The translations under genes and the position numbers were made by a program. A DNA stretch of 63,890 nt, the filler included, from Octopus bimaculoides (lineage: Eukaryota): the NCBI RefSeq assembly GCF_001194135.2. It is 9 parts of 9 records of this genome, joined end to end, with 100 filler letters (N's around TTAATTAATTAA, not from the genome) between each part and the next. Parts side by side here need not be neighbours in the genome. Positions count along the whole stretch, not along the records: positions 1 to 9,570 come from NC_068994.1; positions 9,671 to 18,960 come from NC_068985.1; 7 more parts are not named here. One strand, written 5' to 3'. Shown one piece after another: positions 1 to 11,514 of the stretch (its first letter is position 1; each line of letters opens with the position of its first letter). Below the pieces are notes generated by a model. It did not search any database. It had not been told where the DNA came from and worked only from the letters and a program-made list of their open reading frames with translations.

Positions 1-46
<46 letters not shown>

Positions 47-380
47 GTATATATACATATGTATATATATAAGCATATGTATATATACATACATACATAC
101 ATATATATATATATACACATATATACATGTATATGTATAAATGAATCACACACACACACACATACACGTATATTTGTATATCTATCTATATATATACACA
201 CACAAACATATATGTATGTATGTATATCTATAATGTATATATGTATATATAAAATAAAACTGTGCCTACGTGATAGTGTGGCATGTGTATGTATGTGTGT
301 TTTTGTTTGTTTGTTTGCTTGTGTGTGAGTGTGTATGTGCGCGCGCGCACACACACACATAGAGGATTATACGAAAGCGA
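1..380. repeat. (AT)n/(AC)n/(ATAC)n microsatellite mosaic
   Basis: Directly visible dinucleotide and tetranucleotide tracts running into an N gap. Confidence 0.95.
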
Positions 381-1577
381 NNNNNNNNNNNNNNNNNNNN
401 NNNNNNNNNNNNNNNNNNNNNNNNNNNNNNNNNNNNNNNNNNNNNNNNNNNNNNNNNNNNNNNNNNNNNNNNNNNNNNNNNNNNNNNNNNNNNNNNNNNN
501 NNNNNNNNNNNNNNNNNNNNNNNNNNNNNNNNNNNNNNNNNNNNNNNNNNNNNNNNNNNNNNNNNNNNNNNNNNNNNNNNNNNNNNNNNNNNNNNNNNNN
601 NNNNNNNNNNNNNNNNNNNNNNNNNNNNNNNNNNNNNNNNNNNNNNNNNNNNNNNNNNNNNNNNNNNNNNNNNNNNNNNNNNNNNNNNNNNNNNNNNNNN
701 NNNNNNNNNNNNNNNNNNNNNNNNNNNNNNNNNNNNNNNNNNNNNNNNNNNNNNNNNNNNNNNNNNNNNNNNNNNNNNNNNNNNNNNNNNNNNNNNNNNN
801 NNNNNNNNNNNNNNNNNNNNNNNNNNNNNNNNNNNNNNNNNNNNNNNNNNNNNNNNNNNNNNNNNNNNNNNNNNNNNNNNNNNNNNNNNNNNNNNNNNNN
901 NNNNNNNNNNNNNNNNNNNNNNNNNNNNNNNNNNNNNNNNNNNNNNNNNNNNNNNNNNNNNNNNNNNNNNNNNNNNNNNNNNNNNNNNNNNNNNNNNNNN
1001 NNNNNNNNNNNNNNNNNNNNNNNNNNNNNNNNNNNNNNNNAGTGTGTATGTGCGCGCGCGCACACACACACATAGAGGATTATACGAAAGCGATAAGAAA
1101 AGAACAGGAATGCCTCTGGGAAGGGGATCGAGGAAGAGAGCGGAATTGCCCAATTTAGCAATTCTCTCAGAATAAACATCTCCAAAAAGAAAATATATTG
1201 AAAACAATAACAAAAACGAAAATCATAGAATAAACAAAAAAAACAAAAAAACAACAACAAATATTTAAGGAGAGGCAAAGAATAGAAGAATAGAAGAATA
1301 GAAGAAACACACGCTAGTACGCACACATATATATATTCATATGTGTGTGTGTATGTGTACGTGGTCTGATCAATAAGTATCCGGACTGTTGCAATAGTAA
1401 CGAGCCAAAGCACGCAGAGTGAAGCCGTTTGGCAACAGTCCGGATACTTATTGATCATACCACGTACACATACACACACACATACAAACACATATACACA
1501 CTCACCCAATACGCAAGCACACACACACACATATATAAACGTATAATCACATATGTCTATGTATGTATGTATGTATG

Positions 1578-1962
1578 CCGTGGCGCTCCGTCGGTTACGA
1601 CGACGAGGGTTCCAGTTGATCCGATCAACGGAACAGCCTGCTCGTGAAATTAACGTGCAAGTGGCTGAGCACTCCACAGACACGTGTACCCTTAACGTAG
1701 TTCTCGGGTAGATTCAGTGTGACACAGAGTGTGACAAGGCTGGTCCCTTTGAATTACAGACACAACAGAAACAGGAAGAAAGAGTGAGAGAAATTTGTGG
1801 TGAAAGAGTACAGCAGGGTTCGCCACCATCCCCTGCCGGAACCTCGTAGAGCTGTAGGTGTTTTCGCTCAATAAACACACACACCGCTTGATCTGGGGAT
1901 CGAAACCGCGATCCTACGACCGCAAGTCCGCTGCCCTAACCACTGGGCTATTGCGCCTCCAC
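1578..1962 (-). mobile_element. tRNA-derived SINE, family C, full length
   Basis: Minus strand begins GTGGAGGCGCAATAGCCCAGTGGTTAGGGCAGCGGACTTGCGG...GGTTTCGATCCC (A- and B-box-like). A closely matching ~385-bp copy lies at 30668-31050 (+). Flanked by (GTAT)n on both sides. Confidence 0.9.
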
Positions 1963-2013
1963 TGTATGTATGTATGTATGTATGTAAGTATGTATATATT
2001 AGGATGAAAAAAG

Positions 2014-2063
2014 GCGCCGAGCTGGCAGAAACGTTAGCACGCTGGGCGAAAAGCTTAGCGGTA
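2014..2063 (+). mobile_element. SINE family B 5' end, truncated by gap
   Basis: GGCGCCGAGCTGGCAGAAACGTTAGCACGCTGGGCGAAA matches the head of the copy at 4294. Confidence 0.8.
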
Positions 2064-2849
2064 NNNNNNNNNNNNNNNNNNNNNNNNNNNNNNNNNNNNN
2101 NNNNNNNNNNNNNNNNNNNNNNNNNNNNNNNNNNNNNNNNNNNNNNNNNNNNNNNNNNNNNNNNNNNNNNNNNNNNNNNNNNNNNNNNNNNNNNNNNNNN
2201 NNNNNNNNNNNNNNNNNNNNNNNNNNNNNNNNNNNNNNNNNNNNNNNNNNNNNNNNNNNNNNNNNNNNNNNNNNNNNNNNNNNNNNNNNNNNNNNNNNNN
2301 NNNNNNNNNNNNNNNNNNNNNNNNNNNNNNNNNNNNNNNNNNNNNNNNNNNNNNNNNNNNNNNNNNNNNNNNNNNNNNNNNNNNNNNNNNNNNNNNNNNN
2401 NNNNNNNNNNNNNNNNNNNNNNNNNNNNNNNNNNNNNNNNNNNNNNNNNNNNNNNNNNNNNNNNNNNNNNNNNNNNNNNNNNNNNNNNNNNNNNNNNNNN
2501 NNNNNNNNNNNNNNNNNNNNNNNNNNNNNNNNNNNNNNNNNNNNNNNNNNNNNNNNNTATATATAGATAATGATACATGTATCCTTGTCTACTATATATA
2601 ATTATGGTTATCTTTAAGTTAAATACAGGTGATATTTGAAACTTTAGAGGCGGTCGTTTTCTTTTTAAAGTTTCAGTTTCTGGTATTTTTCTTTTATTAA
2701 TATGTAGAGAGATGAAAGATATTGCTGAAGGCGACTGATGCTGGTTTGTTTTAAGATATGTGAGATATCGGCTAGAAAAAAAAATGCATGGATATCAATG
2801 CTGGGAGGATGTGGGAGGAATCGCCTACATGTGTGTTAATGTTAGTTTA

Positions 2850-2850
2850 T

Positions 2851-2901
<51 letters not shown>

Positions 2902-3590
2902 CAGCAGTAGTAGTAGTAGTGGTGGTGGTGGTGGTTATCGTCGTCATCGTCGTCATCATCATCATCATCGTCATCGTCATCATCATCATCTTTGTCGACA
3001 TCGTAGTCGTCGTCAGCGGTGACGTCATCTTCAAGCTTCATCGTCGTCTTTATTTTCATCATCATCGTCATCATCATCGTCATCGTCGTCATCGTCGTCA
3101 TCATCATCATCATCATCGTCATCGTCATCATCATCATCATAAGCAGCAGCAGCAGCAGCAGCAATAGCAGAGGCATCATCATCATCGTCATCGCCATCGT
3201 CATGATCATCATCATCATCATCGTCATCGTCATCATCATCATCATCATCATCCTCNNNNNNNNNNGCAGCAGCAGCAATAGCAGAGGCATCATCATCATC
3301 GTCATCGCCATCGTCATGATCATCATCATCATCATCGTCATCGTCATCATCATCATCATCATCATCCTCGTCGTCATCATCATCATCATCGTCATCATCA
3401 TCATCGTCATCATCATCATCATCATCATCATCATAAGCAGCAGCAGTAGCAGAGGCATCATCATCATCATCATCATCGTCGTCGTCGTCATCGTCATCAT
3501 CATCATCACAAGCAGTAGTAGCAGCAGCAACAACATCATCATCATCATTGTCGTCGTCGTCGTCATTGTCGTCGTCGTCATCATCAGCAC
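2850..3590. repeat. (TAG)n, (CAT/CGT)n and (CAG)n trinucleotide arrays
   Basis: Directly visible. Source of the poly-M/T/I/H pseudo-ORFs. Confidence 0.95.
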
Positions 3591-3791
3591 AACCAAAGTA
3601 GAATACCCACGATTGCTATTCTATATTAGATTACGGCGGAGCTTTGCCATGATGTAATCTAAGAATGCGTTAATAAAATGCTACCGAAACAGCTGTTGTG
3701 AATTTGAACCTTACTTGTCTTATCTATCTATCTATCTATCTATCTTCACACACACACACACACACACAAACACACACATATACACACACAA

Positions 3792-3828
<37 letters not shown>

Positions 3829-4293
3829 CACACACTCACACATACCAAGATGCGCAGACACTCAAATATATCAACATCACAGTCTACTTTCAAGCTTCAT
3901 GGCTTGAAACGTCTTAACTATTTTATGTGTTGGTTGTCAAAGAGCTATTTAGACGTTGATGAGTTCTCGAACGAAATAAAATGTTTTTGTCGAACTCAAT
4001 CTTTTAATAAAACCTTCACACACACATACACACACACACATTCGCAGACGCGCGTATATATACGTACATATATATACATACATAGACACACATCCGCATA
4101 AAATTTGTACGTCTTCTACTTGAAACATCTTAACTTTGATATGCAGCTTGTCAAATCTACGCGTGTTTCTAAATAGAAATAACTTGTAATAACAGAGAAT
4201 GGTTCAGCGGATAACGATGGTGTTGGTAGTAGTTGTGGTGGTGGTGTTTGTACTGGTGTGTTGGTGTCATTGGTAATATCGGTGTCAGTGAAA

Positions 4294-4497
4294 GGCGGTG
4301 AGCTGGCAGAAGCATTAGCACGCCAGGCGAAATGCTTAGTGGTATTTCGTCTGTCTTTACGTTCTGAGTTCAAATTCCACCGAGGTCGACTTTGCCTTTC
4401 ATCTTTTCGGGGTCGATAAATTAAGTACCATTTGAGCATTGGGGGGTTGATGTAATCGACCAGCTTCATCCACCAAAATTTCAGGACTTGTGCCTAT
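4294..4497 (+). mobile_element. tRNA-derived SINE, family B
   Basis: Head GGCGGTGAGCTGGCAGAA...GAGTTCAAATTCC followed by TGCCTTTCATCTTTTCGGGGTCGATAAATTAAGTACC. The central block resembles the Nin/Deu-type SINE domain (from recall, unverified). Related pieces at about 28665-28830, 32295-32425, 37225-37375, 38040-38205, 47325-47420, 59935-60100 and 60262-60370. Confidence 0.85.
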
Positions 4498-4499
4498 AG

Positions 4500-4700
4500 A
4501 CATAACCGATGAAATCGCTAACAAGTTAGTGCTCTGGCAACGAATGGAAGGCAGAACCAGGAAAGGAAGGAGGAAGATGACCTATATCGACAACCTGCTG
4601 GAGGATACTCGTATGGAAGGGATACAGGAGCTGAGGACTATTATGGAAGATCGAGACGAATGGGGAAAACGTCTTGGGGCGTCCTGAGAAACGACATAGA
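4500..4700 (+). mobile_element. Non-LTR retrotransposon (RTE-like) ORF2 C-terminal fragment
   Basis: Peptide KLVLWQRMEGRTRKGRRKMTYIDNLLEDTRMEGIQELRTIMEDRDEW fits the G.R.RGR...T..D.L..D...M.DR..W terminus of RTE-type ORF2. Confidence 0.7.
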
Positions 4701-4933
4701 CAGAGCTAGATGGAATTCTACTTGGGACTGGAATAATAGAATGATTGCATTACAGAATATAATTCTCAACCGTCCTTAACCTCTGATCAAAAACCACCGG
4801 CGCATATAGTCATCATAGATGTATTGGGCCTGAAGCCCAGTTAGATCTCCGTCGGAGCTAGCTTTAAAGTCCGCACGAGTACTAACTTTTAAGCTAGTAT
4901 ATAATATGTGTGCGTGATTTTGTGTATATGTAC

Positions 4934-5105
4934 TCGACAGGCTTCCGCATAGTTTCCTCAAACAAATTCACTCACAAGGCACTAATTGGCCCGGAGCTAT
5001 AGTAGAAAAAGACGGCACTTGCCCAAGGTGCAGCGCAAAGAGACCGAACCGTAAACCACGTGGATGCAAAGAGAACTTCTTAACCACACAGCCATGCCTG
5101 CGCCT
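4934..5105 (-). mobile_element. SINE family A head plus CORE-like block
   Basis: Reverse complement AGGCGCAGGCATGGCTGTGTGGTTAAGAAG...CACCTTGGGCAAGTG, matching the many family A copies. Confidence 0.8.
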
Positions 5106-5399
5106 CTTCAAAAGGAAACGTTCACAGGGGTCGCCCCAACCCGTCTTCTGGATCCTGCAAAGGGGTCATGGCGCTGGCCAATGAAGGAACAATTCTCAAC
5201 ACACATTCATTAGTTGAAACAGATTTTTGATGGTTTAATCCGTTTTTAGACGGCTTCCTCCGTTTTAATAAGCGTTTTAATAAGCTTACCCGTTCAGTAT
5301 GTTGTCTTGTTTTGCAATCATTTACAGACGCTGTTTATCTTGGCCAGATTCCATTCTCCAAAGAATGTGTCCTCTCAAAAAAAAATTCGTAACTAGAAC

Positions 5400-6100
5400 G
5401 AAACCTTTTCTCTCTTTCTATTTTGATTCTTTCTTCCTCTTTTTTCTTTTTCTTTCCTCCTCCTCCTTCTTTCCTTCCTTCCCCACTTCCGCCATTCCTT
5501 CTTTCTTTTCCTTTCTTTCTTTACCTTTCTTCCTTCATCTTTCTCTTTTGTCTTTCTTTCTTTTTGCTTCCTTTCTTCTTTTTTCCTTTCTTCTTTCTTT
5601 CTCTTCCTTTCTCTTTCTTTCTTTCTTCCTTTCTTGCTTTTTGCTTCCTTCTTTCTTTCACGCCTTCATTTTCCTTCCTTCTTTCTTTCTCTTCCTTCCC
5701 TCTTTCCTTCCTGTCTTTCTTTCTTTCCTTTTTATCTTCTGTCTGTCCTTTTCCTTTCTTTTTATTATCTCTCTGTCTGTCCTCTGTCTTCTTTCTTTCT
5801 TTCTTTACTTCTCTCTCTCCCTCTTTCTTTCTTTCTTGACTTCTTTCTTTCATGCTTTTCTTCATTCTTCCCTCTCTGTCTTCCTTCTTTCCTTCTTTCC
5901 TTTCTTTTTTATTATCTCTCTCTCTGTCCCTTTCCTTTCTTTCTTTTTTCTTTCCTTCTCTCTCCCCGTTCTTTCTTTCTTTCTTTCATGCTTTTCTTCC
6001 TTCTTTCTCTCTGTCTTCCTTCTTTCCTTCCTTCCTTCTTTCTCCTTTCTTCTTTCTCTCTTACTCTTTCTTTTTCGCCTTCTTTCTTCTCCTTCATTTC
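5400..6100. repeat. Polypyrimidine (TTC/TCTT/TCCT) low-complexity tract
   Basis: About 700 bp almost entirely C/T on the plus strand. Explains the F/S/L-rich and K/E/R-rich pseudo-ORFs. Confidence 0.95.
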
Positions 6101-6489
6101 ATGTCTAAAAGAGATTCTGTCAAATATCTCGAAGACACTAAACGTTACAGGTAAACCTACCGCTTCTATTTATATCGTACAATTTGAGTTTTCTTTAGCA
6201 CAAATAACAAAAGATTTATTGCGAATATAATACGGGATTGCAGGAATGTTGTCTCTTTGAAATATAAATATTTAATATACACACACATGCATACATACAT
6301 ACATAAATGGAGACATATATACCGATCACCTTGGGAAACATAGATGTTTTGATCAACATCCTTAAACAAACCCTATTCAGAGACCTTTTGAGCAGGATGG
6401 GCTACTCGACCTGAAGAAAATTCTAACTGGGCCACACCTGCATGGCTGCTGCATGGCTCATGCACGGTTTGCGTGAAATGAGCATAATT

Positions 6490-6845
6490 TCATATATATA
6501 TATATCAAATGAAATTATTGTATACAGTGCCCAGGTGCACTACAACTTGTCAAAAGTGCGTATAAAGCATATACATATTGTACAAATGTCTGGAAAGTGA
6601 ACAGTGTATGAGTCAGATACATGCTTGTGTGTGTATGGAGGGGAGAAAATCAGGTGTAGTGTTGGCGAATCTCAGGAAGCATGGGAGTTTTGAAGGATGC
6701 AGTGCTCCGACAGCTAACAATTGATGCCGGCAGTTTGTTCCATACTTCAATAACTCTTAGCGTGAAAAAGTGTTTCCGAAAGTCATGGGAGCTGGGCTGT
6801 TTTCTGACTTTGTAAACATGTCCATGGGTGTTAGACAGGTAGGCG
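6490..6845 (-). mobile_element. CR1-clade LINE 3' end (ORF2 C-terminus plus 3' UTR)
   Basis: NTHGHVYKV...DFRKHFFTLRVIEVWNKLPASIVSCRSTASFK matches the CR1 TRGH..K...R..FF..RV...WN.LP..V...S...FK motif. Confidence 0.9.
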
Positions 6846-7040
6846 ATCCAAACATGAACAAGCAAGAAAAAAACAACAACGCGAGGACGGGGAATAAGTA
6901 CTGTGTTACTGGACGCCCAGGAAAGGAAAGAAAAGAAAGAGGATTTCACGTTTCGAGCGGAGCTCTTCATCAGAAATATAGAAAAAGTCCAAAGAAGGGA
7001 AGACAGAGAAAGAAAATCGCCAACGATACACATGCGGTCA
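6846..7040 (-). mobile_element. Penelope-like terminal-repeat fragment
   Basis: Carries CTGATGAAGAGC...GCTCGAAACG, the hammerhead-type signature typical of Penelope-like pLTRs. No ORF. Confidence 0.55.
6943..6977 (-). ncRNA. Minimal type I hammerhead ribozyme-like motif H1
   Basis: ATTT-CTGATGA-A-GAGC/TCC/GCTC-GAAA-C-GT-G-AAAT: 4-bp stem I, canonical core, 4-bp stem II. The cleavage triplet reads GUG (non-NUH), so this copy is probably dead. Confidence 0.6.
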
Positions 7041-8099
7041 TGTACGTACACCCTTCTGCTTACCTTATAGTAAGTATGTATCTAAATTTTATACGACCCT
7101 TACTCTGTCTTTTATTCCCCCTCTCATTTTTCTTGCTCCCCCTCTCTCACATTTCTCAGACTTAGGGTATCCAGCTTTACATTACCGAGCGTGTTCTTCC
7201 TACATTTTTAAAGACAACAACGCATGTCACATGAGGCAATTTGGATGCTATTTCTTGCAACAAAAGCGAACGTTGGCGTAGTTACTGTTATGGTTACGGT
7301 TCGACTCCTCTTTCTCCTCCCTCCTATACCGAAGCCCCCCCTCTCTCTCTCTTACCATATTTCTTATTCTTACCTGACAGTTACATATAAAGGTTCTTCC
7401 CCTCTTAATATGTTTAAAAAAAGAAAATCTTCATTATTCTATCTGTCAATCTTAATTGCAGAAGAGTGAGGTGACCTACGTCTATGTATCTGATAAGACC
7501 TACCACATAATGAAAGATATTGCAAAAAATAGTTAATCTTGATATCCAACAAAGTATTAAAGGATGGGGGTAATATTTACAAGCGCTTATCTCCTTAGTA
7601 TCCTCCCAAGACACTGTATGCCTGTGAGCAACTACAGAGGAATGTAAATAATTTCATTTGCCAAAATATCGACTTACGGCATTCTCTCCTTCTACCGTCC
7701 ATCATTGTCAAACGATCCTTCTCTAAGTTTCTAAATAGGTTTACTTAATATTTGTTAAATTTTAACACGTTTAACGAAGTGGATATTTAAAAGGCGTTTG
7801 GTATGTAGTTAGTGTGCTTAAAGCGTGGGACTCACGATCGTGAGAACGGGGGTTCGACTCAGGGACTGGGCGGCAGATGTGTTGTATCCCTGGGGAAGTT
7901 ATTTCATTTTATGTTGCTCAGCTGAAAATTTACCTGCGTCTATTGCGGGGTGGCACCGCACAAACCAATAACTCCAAATCCTGAAAATACAAAATGTTAA
8001 CGGTCCTTGATGGTTACGGCACACTGGATGATGAATGAATGTTCATAAAGATGGCTAGATAAGCTAAATCATAAAAAGTGTTGCCCTGCAACGAAACAT

Positions 8100-8235
8100 T
8101 AGTATCATCAAGCTCACAGGCCTCGGAGGGGTTGCGATCATTGTCTCTGAGGACTGTCCTTCATTGGACCGAATAGCGGAGGGTGCCAGATCTTGCCTGT
8201 ACAAGGTGTGGTGAAAAGAAAGAGTTCGCGATGTA
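8100..8235 (-). mobile_element. Mariner transposase remnant
   Basis: HTLYRQDLAPS resembles HPPYSPDLAPS, followed after a frameshift by GPMKDS. Confidence 0.55.
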
Positions 8236-8267
8236 CTCTGGTTCATCCTAGCCATGGATTCTTACTC

Positions 8268-8430
8268 GTATGTTGGTGTATTTACGTCCCCTTAACCTAG
8301 CGGTTCGGCATAAGAGACCGATAGGATAAGTACTAGGCTTACAAAGAATAAGTCCAGGGGTCGATTTGCTCGACTAAAGACGGTGCTCCAGCATGGCCAC
8401 AGTCAAATGACTGAAACAAGTAAAAATAAA
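8268..8430 (+). mobile_element. SINE family A 3' tail
   Basis: TTTACGTCCCC..AACCTAGCGGTTCGGC...GGGGTCGATTTGCTCGACTAAAGACGGTGCTCCAGCATGGCC...GACTGAAACAAGTAAAA. Confidence 0.9.
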
Positions 8431-8607
8431 AATATGTATATGTTTATAATACTCACGCACACACACACATACAATGCATATGGGGGCAGATATGCATCCA
8501 CTTACATCCGTGGGAAGGAATGCGTTTGAATGCATATTCGAGACTACGTACGTCTTTATGGTATATGTGATTAGGTCATTGTATATGAAATTCATATTAA
8601 ATGCTTA

Positions 8608-9184
8608 CTACAAATATGTTTAAAATGTATTTAGTCTTGCTGAGCAAAGAAACCTAATGCTGGATTGTTGCTCTACGGCTCACCAAATATAATATCTTAC
8701 GATATTACTAGTTTACAACACGGCGAGATATTTTAAACATATTGATGTCTTACGTAAACATTGTGTATGTTTTCCCATACAAATTAGCAAACACGGTTTG
8801 ATAAGTATACAATTTGTATGAATGTACGAATATATATATATATATTGTGTGTGTGTGTGTGTGTGCGTGTGTGTGTGTGTACACACACACGTGTATACTT
8901 GTGTGTATGTATCTTCCAGTTTAATTCTCAAATTTCTCATCTATAGAGGAAGTGCCGGTTTCTAACCCGGAAGCAAAGCTCTCTCTTGGAATTTATACAA
9001 TATCAACTAGGCACTAAATTATGTATGCGAACATTGATACTCTTAAAACATCTCGCCGTGTTGTAAAGTAATAATATTGTTAAGATACTACCTATCCAAA
9101 TACATTTGGTGAGCCATAGAGCAACAATCAAGCGTTAAGTTTCATGGCGCAGAAGATTAAATACATTTTAAACATATTTGTTAG
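8608..9184. mobile_element. Foldback/MITE-like element with ~150-bp imperfect inverted arms
   Basis: 8610-8760 is the reverse complement of about 9025-9181 (e.g. CAAATATGTTTAAAATGTATTTA, GGCTCACCAAAT, TTTACAACACGGCGAGAT). Confidence 0.75.
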
Positions 9185-9234
9185 AAATACTATTGATGCT
9201 CTCACAAAGATATTTAATCACATTTGTCACGAAC

Positions 9235-9570
9235 GTAGATGTGGCTGTGCGGTAAGTAGCTTGCTTACCAACCACATGGTTCCGGGTTCTGTTCCATTGC
9301 GTGGCACCTTGGTCAAGTGTCTTCTACTATAGCCTCGGGCCGACCAAAGCCTTGTGAGTGGATTTGGTAGACGGAAAACTGAAAGAAGCCCGTCGTATAT
9401 ATGTATATATGTATATGTGTGTGTTTGTCCCCCCAAAATCGCTTGACAACCGATGCTGGTGTGTTTACGTCCCCGTAACTTAGCGATTCGGCAAAAGAGA
9501 CCGATAGAATAAGTACTAGGCTTACAAAGAATAAGTCCTGGGGTCGATTTGCTCGACTAAAGGCGGTGCT
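9235..9570 (+). mobile_element. SINE family A, near full length (tRNA head, CORE-like block, internal microsatellite, tail)
   Basis: GTGGCTGTGCGGTAAG...GGTTCCGGGTTC...GGCACCTTGGTCAAGTGTCTT, then (TA/TG)n, then the tail. The CACCTTGGGCAAGT block resembles the CORE domain reported for octopus OR-type SINEs. Confidence 0.9.
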
Positions 9571-9947
9571 NNNNNNNNNNNNNNNNNNNNNNNNNNNNNN
9601 NNNNNNNNNNNNNNTTAATTAATTAANNNNNNNNNNNNNNNNNNNNNNNNNNNNNNNNNNNNNNNNNNNNATATATATATCTGTGTATGTATATATGCGT
9701 CTAAGCACGAACAAATCAAAACATTTCGTCTAAGTATTATTTTCCTTTGAACTTCTATTTTCTTTTCTTTCTCTGAACAGTTATAACGGGCAAAGCTCAT
9801 TACGTCATTTTTCTCTAGACTGGAATGTATACTTTCCACGTTCATATTTGAATTTCTTGGCGTTTCAATACTTTTTCTCTGAGTTTTACTAATTCTAGAA
9901 CTTGATGGACATATAGCGGTACGCTCTATGTCAAATTTTGTATTTAT

Positions 9948-9987
9948 GTACCTGAAGAGACCAAGAACGGATCGAAACGTGTTGTAT
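9948..9987 (+). ncRNA. Minimal type I hammerhead ribozyme-like motif H2
   Basis: GTAC-CTGAAGA-GACC/AAGAAC/GG(A)TC-GAAA-C-GT-G-TT-GTAT: intact core, bulged stem II, 2-bp stem III, GUU triplet, 4-bp stem I. Confidence 0.55.
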
Positions 9988-10085
9988 CCAATAACGTCTA
10001 TTACGCAATCCATCTTCCATCTTATTAATACTATATATATATATATATATATACATACTGTTGTGTCTGGGGAGATTCATTTTCT

Positions 10086-10299
10086 TTTCGTGCCTTATAT
10101 AATTTAAGACATTCACCGGTAAAATTTCCACTTAGTTCTTATTTTTATTTCCCTAAATTTTCGGTTGCGTTTTGCAAACTTTTCAATAATCTTGACTATT
10201 GAAACGGTATCAAGACGCAACGAAAATTAAAAAAAAATAAAAATGAGAAATAAGTGTAAATTTTACCGGTGAATGTCTTAAATTATATAAGGCACGAAA
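10086..10299. repeat. Long hairpin: perfect 42-bp outer arms within ~85-bp imperfect arms
   Basis: 10086-10127 is the exact reverse complement of 10258-10299. Pairing continues imperfectly inward. Confidence 0.95.
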
Positions 10300-10343
10300 C
10301 TCACATAAAGAATCTGGTAAGCCAAATCACAAAACGATATATA

Positions 10344-10374
<31 letters not shown>

Positions 10375-10746
10375 TTACATGTGGATTTGAGGTTAAGAAA
10401 GCAGCTAAGGGATAGTACCTACCCAATATACTGCTGGTAGTGTAGCCAGTTATTCATAGCCAAGTGCTAGTTATTGCATGGAAATCTCGCAATTGAGTAT
10501 TATATAATGGTGGAGGTAACGTGTGGTTTACACGTATTTTATACAGCAAATAAGAAAACGGAGAGGATATAAAATCAGCAGTCATAAGCCTGTAAACATT
10601 CCAGTATGTCTATTCAAATGTATTGTATTTATATACACATATGTATGAGTGAAGGATGTGACAACATATAAGCATATAGAAACAAATGTGTAGCTTAGCA
10701 AAAGAGAAAATTGACAATAAACTGAATGGGTGTGTTGGTGCTAGTT

Positions 10747-10869
10747 CCTTACGGCTGTTTCTGCCAAGAGGCAACCAAATCTACCAGGGTATCTCCATTT
10801 TTTCAGTGTTGTGCAGAGATGAGCAGACAATGTTTGGAAAATGGGTGTGCCCCTAGGCTTCTTCAGAGG
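10747..10869 (-). ncRNA. Type I hammerhead-like motif H3 with extended stem II
   Basis: CCT-CTGAAGA-A-GCCTAGGGGCA...TGCCTCTTGGC-A-GAAA-C-AGCC-G-TA-AGG: 10 of 11 stem II positions pair, GUA triplet, 3-bp stem I. Confidence 0.55.
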
Positions 10870-11514
10870 GTTTAAGTGATTGAGAGTGAGGGTTAACATA
10901 TAAAAGTTAGTTAAGAATAGCTAAAGTGTGTTTATCCTTTCAAATAGAGTAGAATCAGAATAAGAGTAAGAGCAAGCACAAGAATACAAGTGGAATACAT
11001 CATTGTACAATGATTTGGGCATAGTAAGGGGAAGTAAGATACAGACTTCCTGTAATATTATAAGATCCATGTTATTTCATCCAGCGGTGAGTAGGTGAAA
11101 TTAGTCGTTCTGAGGAGGAGTTCATCCAGGAGGGATAATTTTAAGCATTAGTTTACATTGTGTTTCCATAGAACTTTAGTGGTGGGTTTGATCGTATGGT
11201 CTGTGTTAAAGAGGTGAAAGTTAATATGTAGAGTGCCAGTTAGTAGGTGTAGCGTTGCAGAGGGTATGACATAAGCAACTTATAATGAATATAACTTGTG
11301 AAAATTTAGTGCATGAGTCTATCAATGATAGAATAAAACTAGGTGAGGCCAAAATGCGGCGTTAGTGTTCGTTACTTTTTTGCTGATCAACAAATCTCGA
11401 AACCCGTATTCATAGTAGGGTAGGGTCATAGTCAGTCCTACAACCTAGAGATAACCTGGGAGATTTCGTTGCCGCTTGACAGAAACGGACGTAAGAAACT
11501 AGCACCTGCATACA

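Noticed and set aside
327-1093. Identical ~53-nt sequence on both sides of a gap (similar at about 3150-3370 and 23685-23770)
   Set aside because: This is the typical contig-end overlap at an unresolved gap, not a real duplication.
1880-1962. tRNA-like A/B-box heads (also 30668, 33430-33510, 36700-36800 and the family A heads)
   Set aside because: They continue into SINE bodies and lack a complete cloverleaf and terminator, so they are not tRNA genes.
8140-8175. CTGAGGA-CTGTCC/GGAC-CGAA motif
   Set aside because: It lacks GAAA and stem I pairing, and is explained as the antisense of a mariner coding remnant.
9615-9626. TTAATTAATTAA embedded in N runs (also near 19005, 44768, 48429, 50566, 55794, 60671 and 62747)
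   Set aside because: An identical 12-mer always isolated between two N blocks is a scaffolding spacer artefact, not a biological motif.
11380-11412. CTGATCA...CGAAACCCGTA
   Set aside because: G8 is missing and neither stem I nor stem II pairs.
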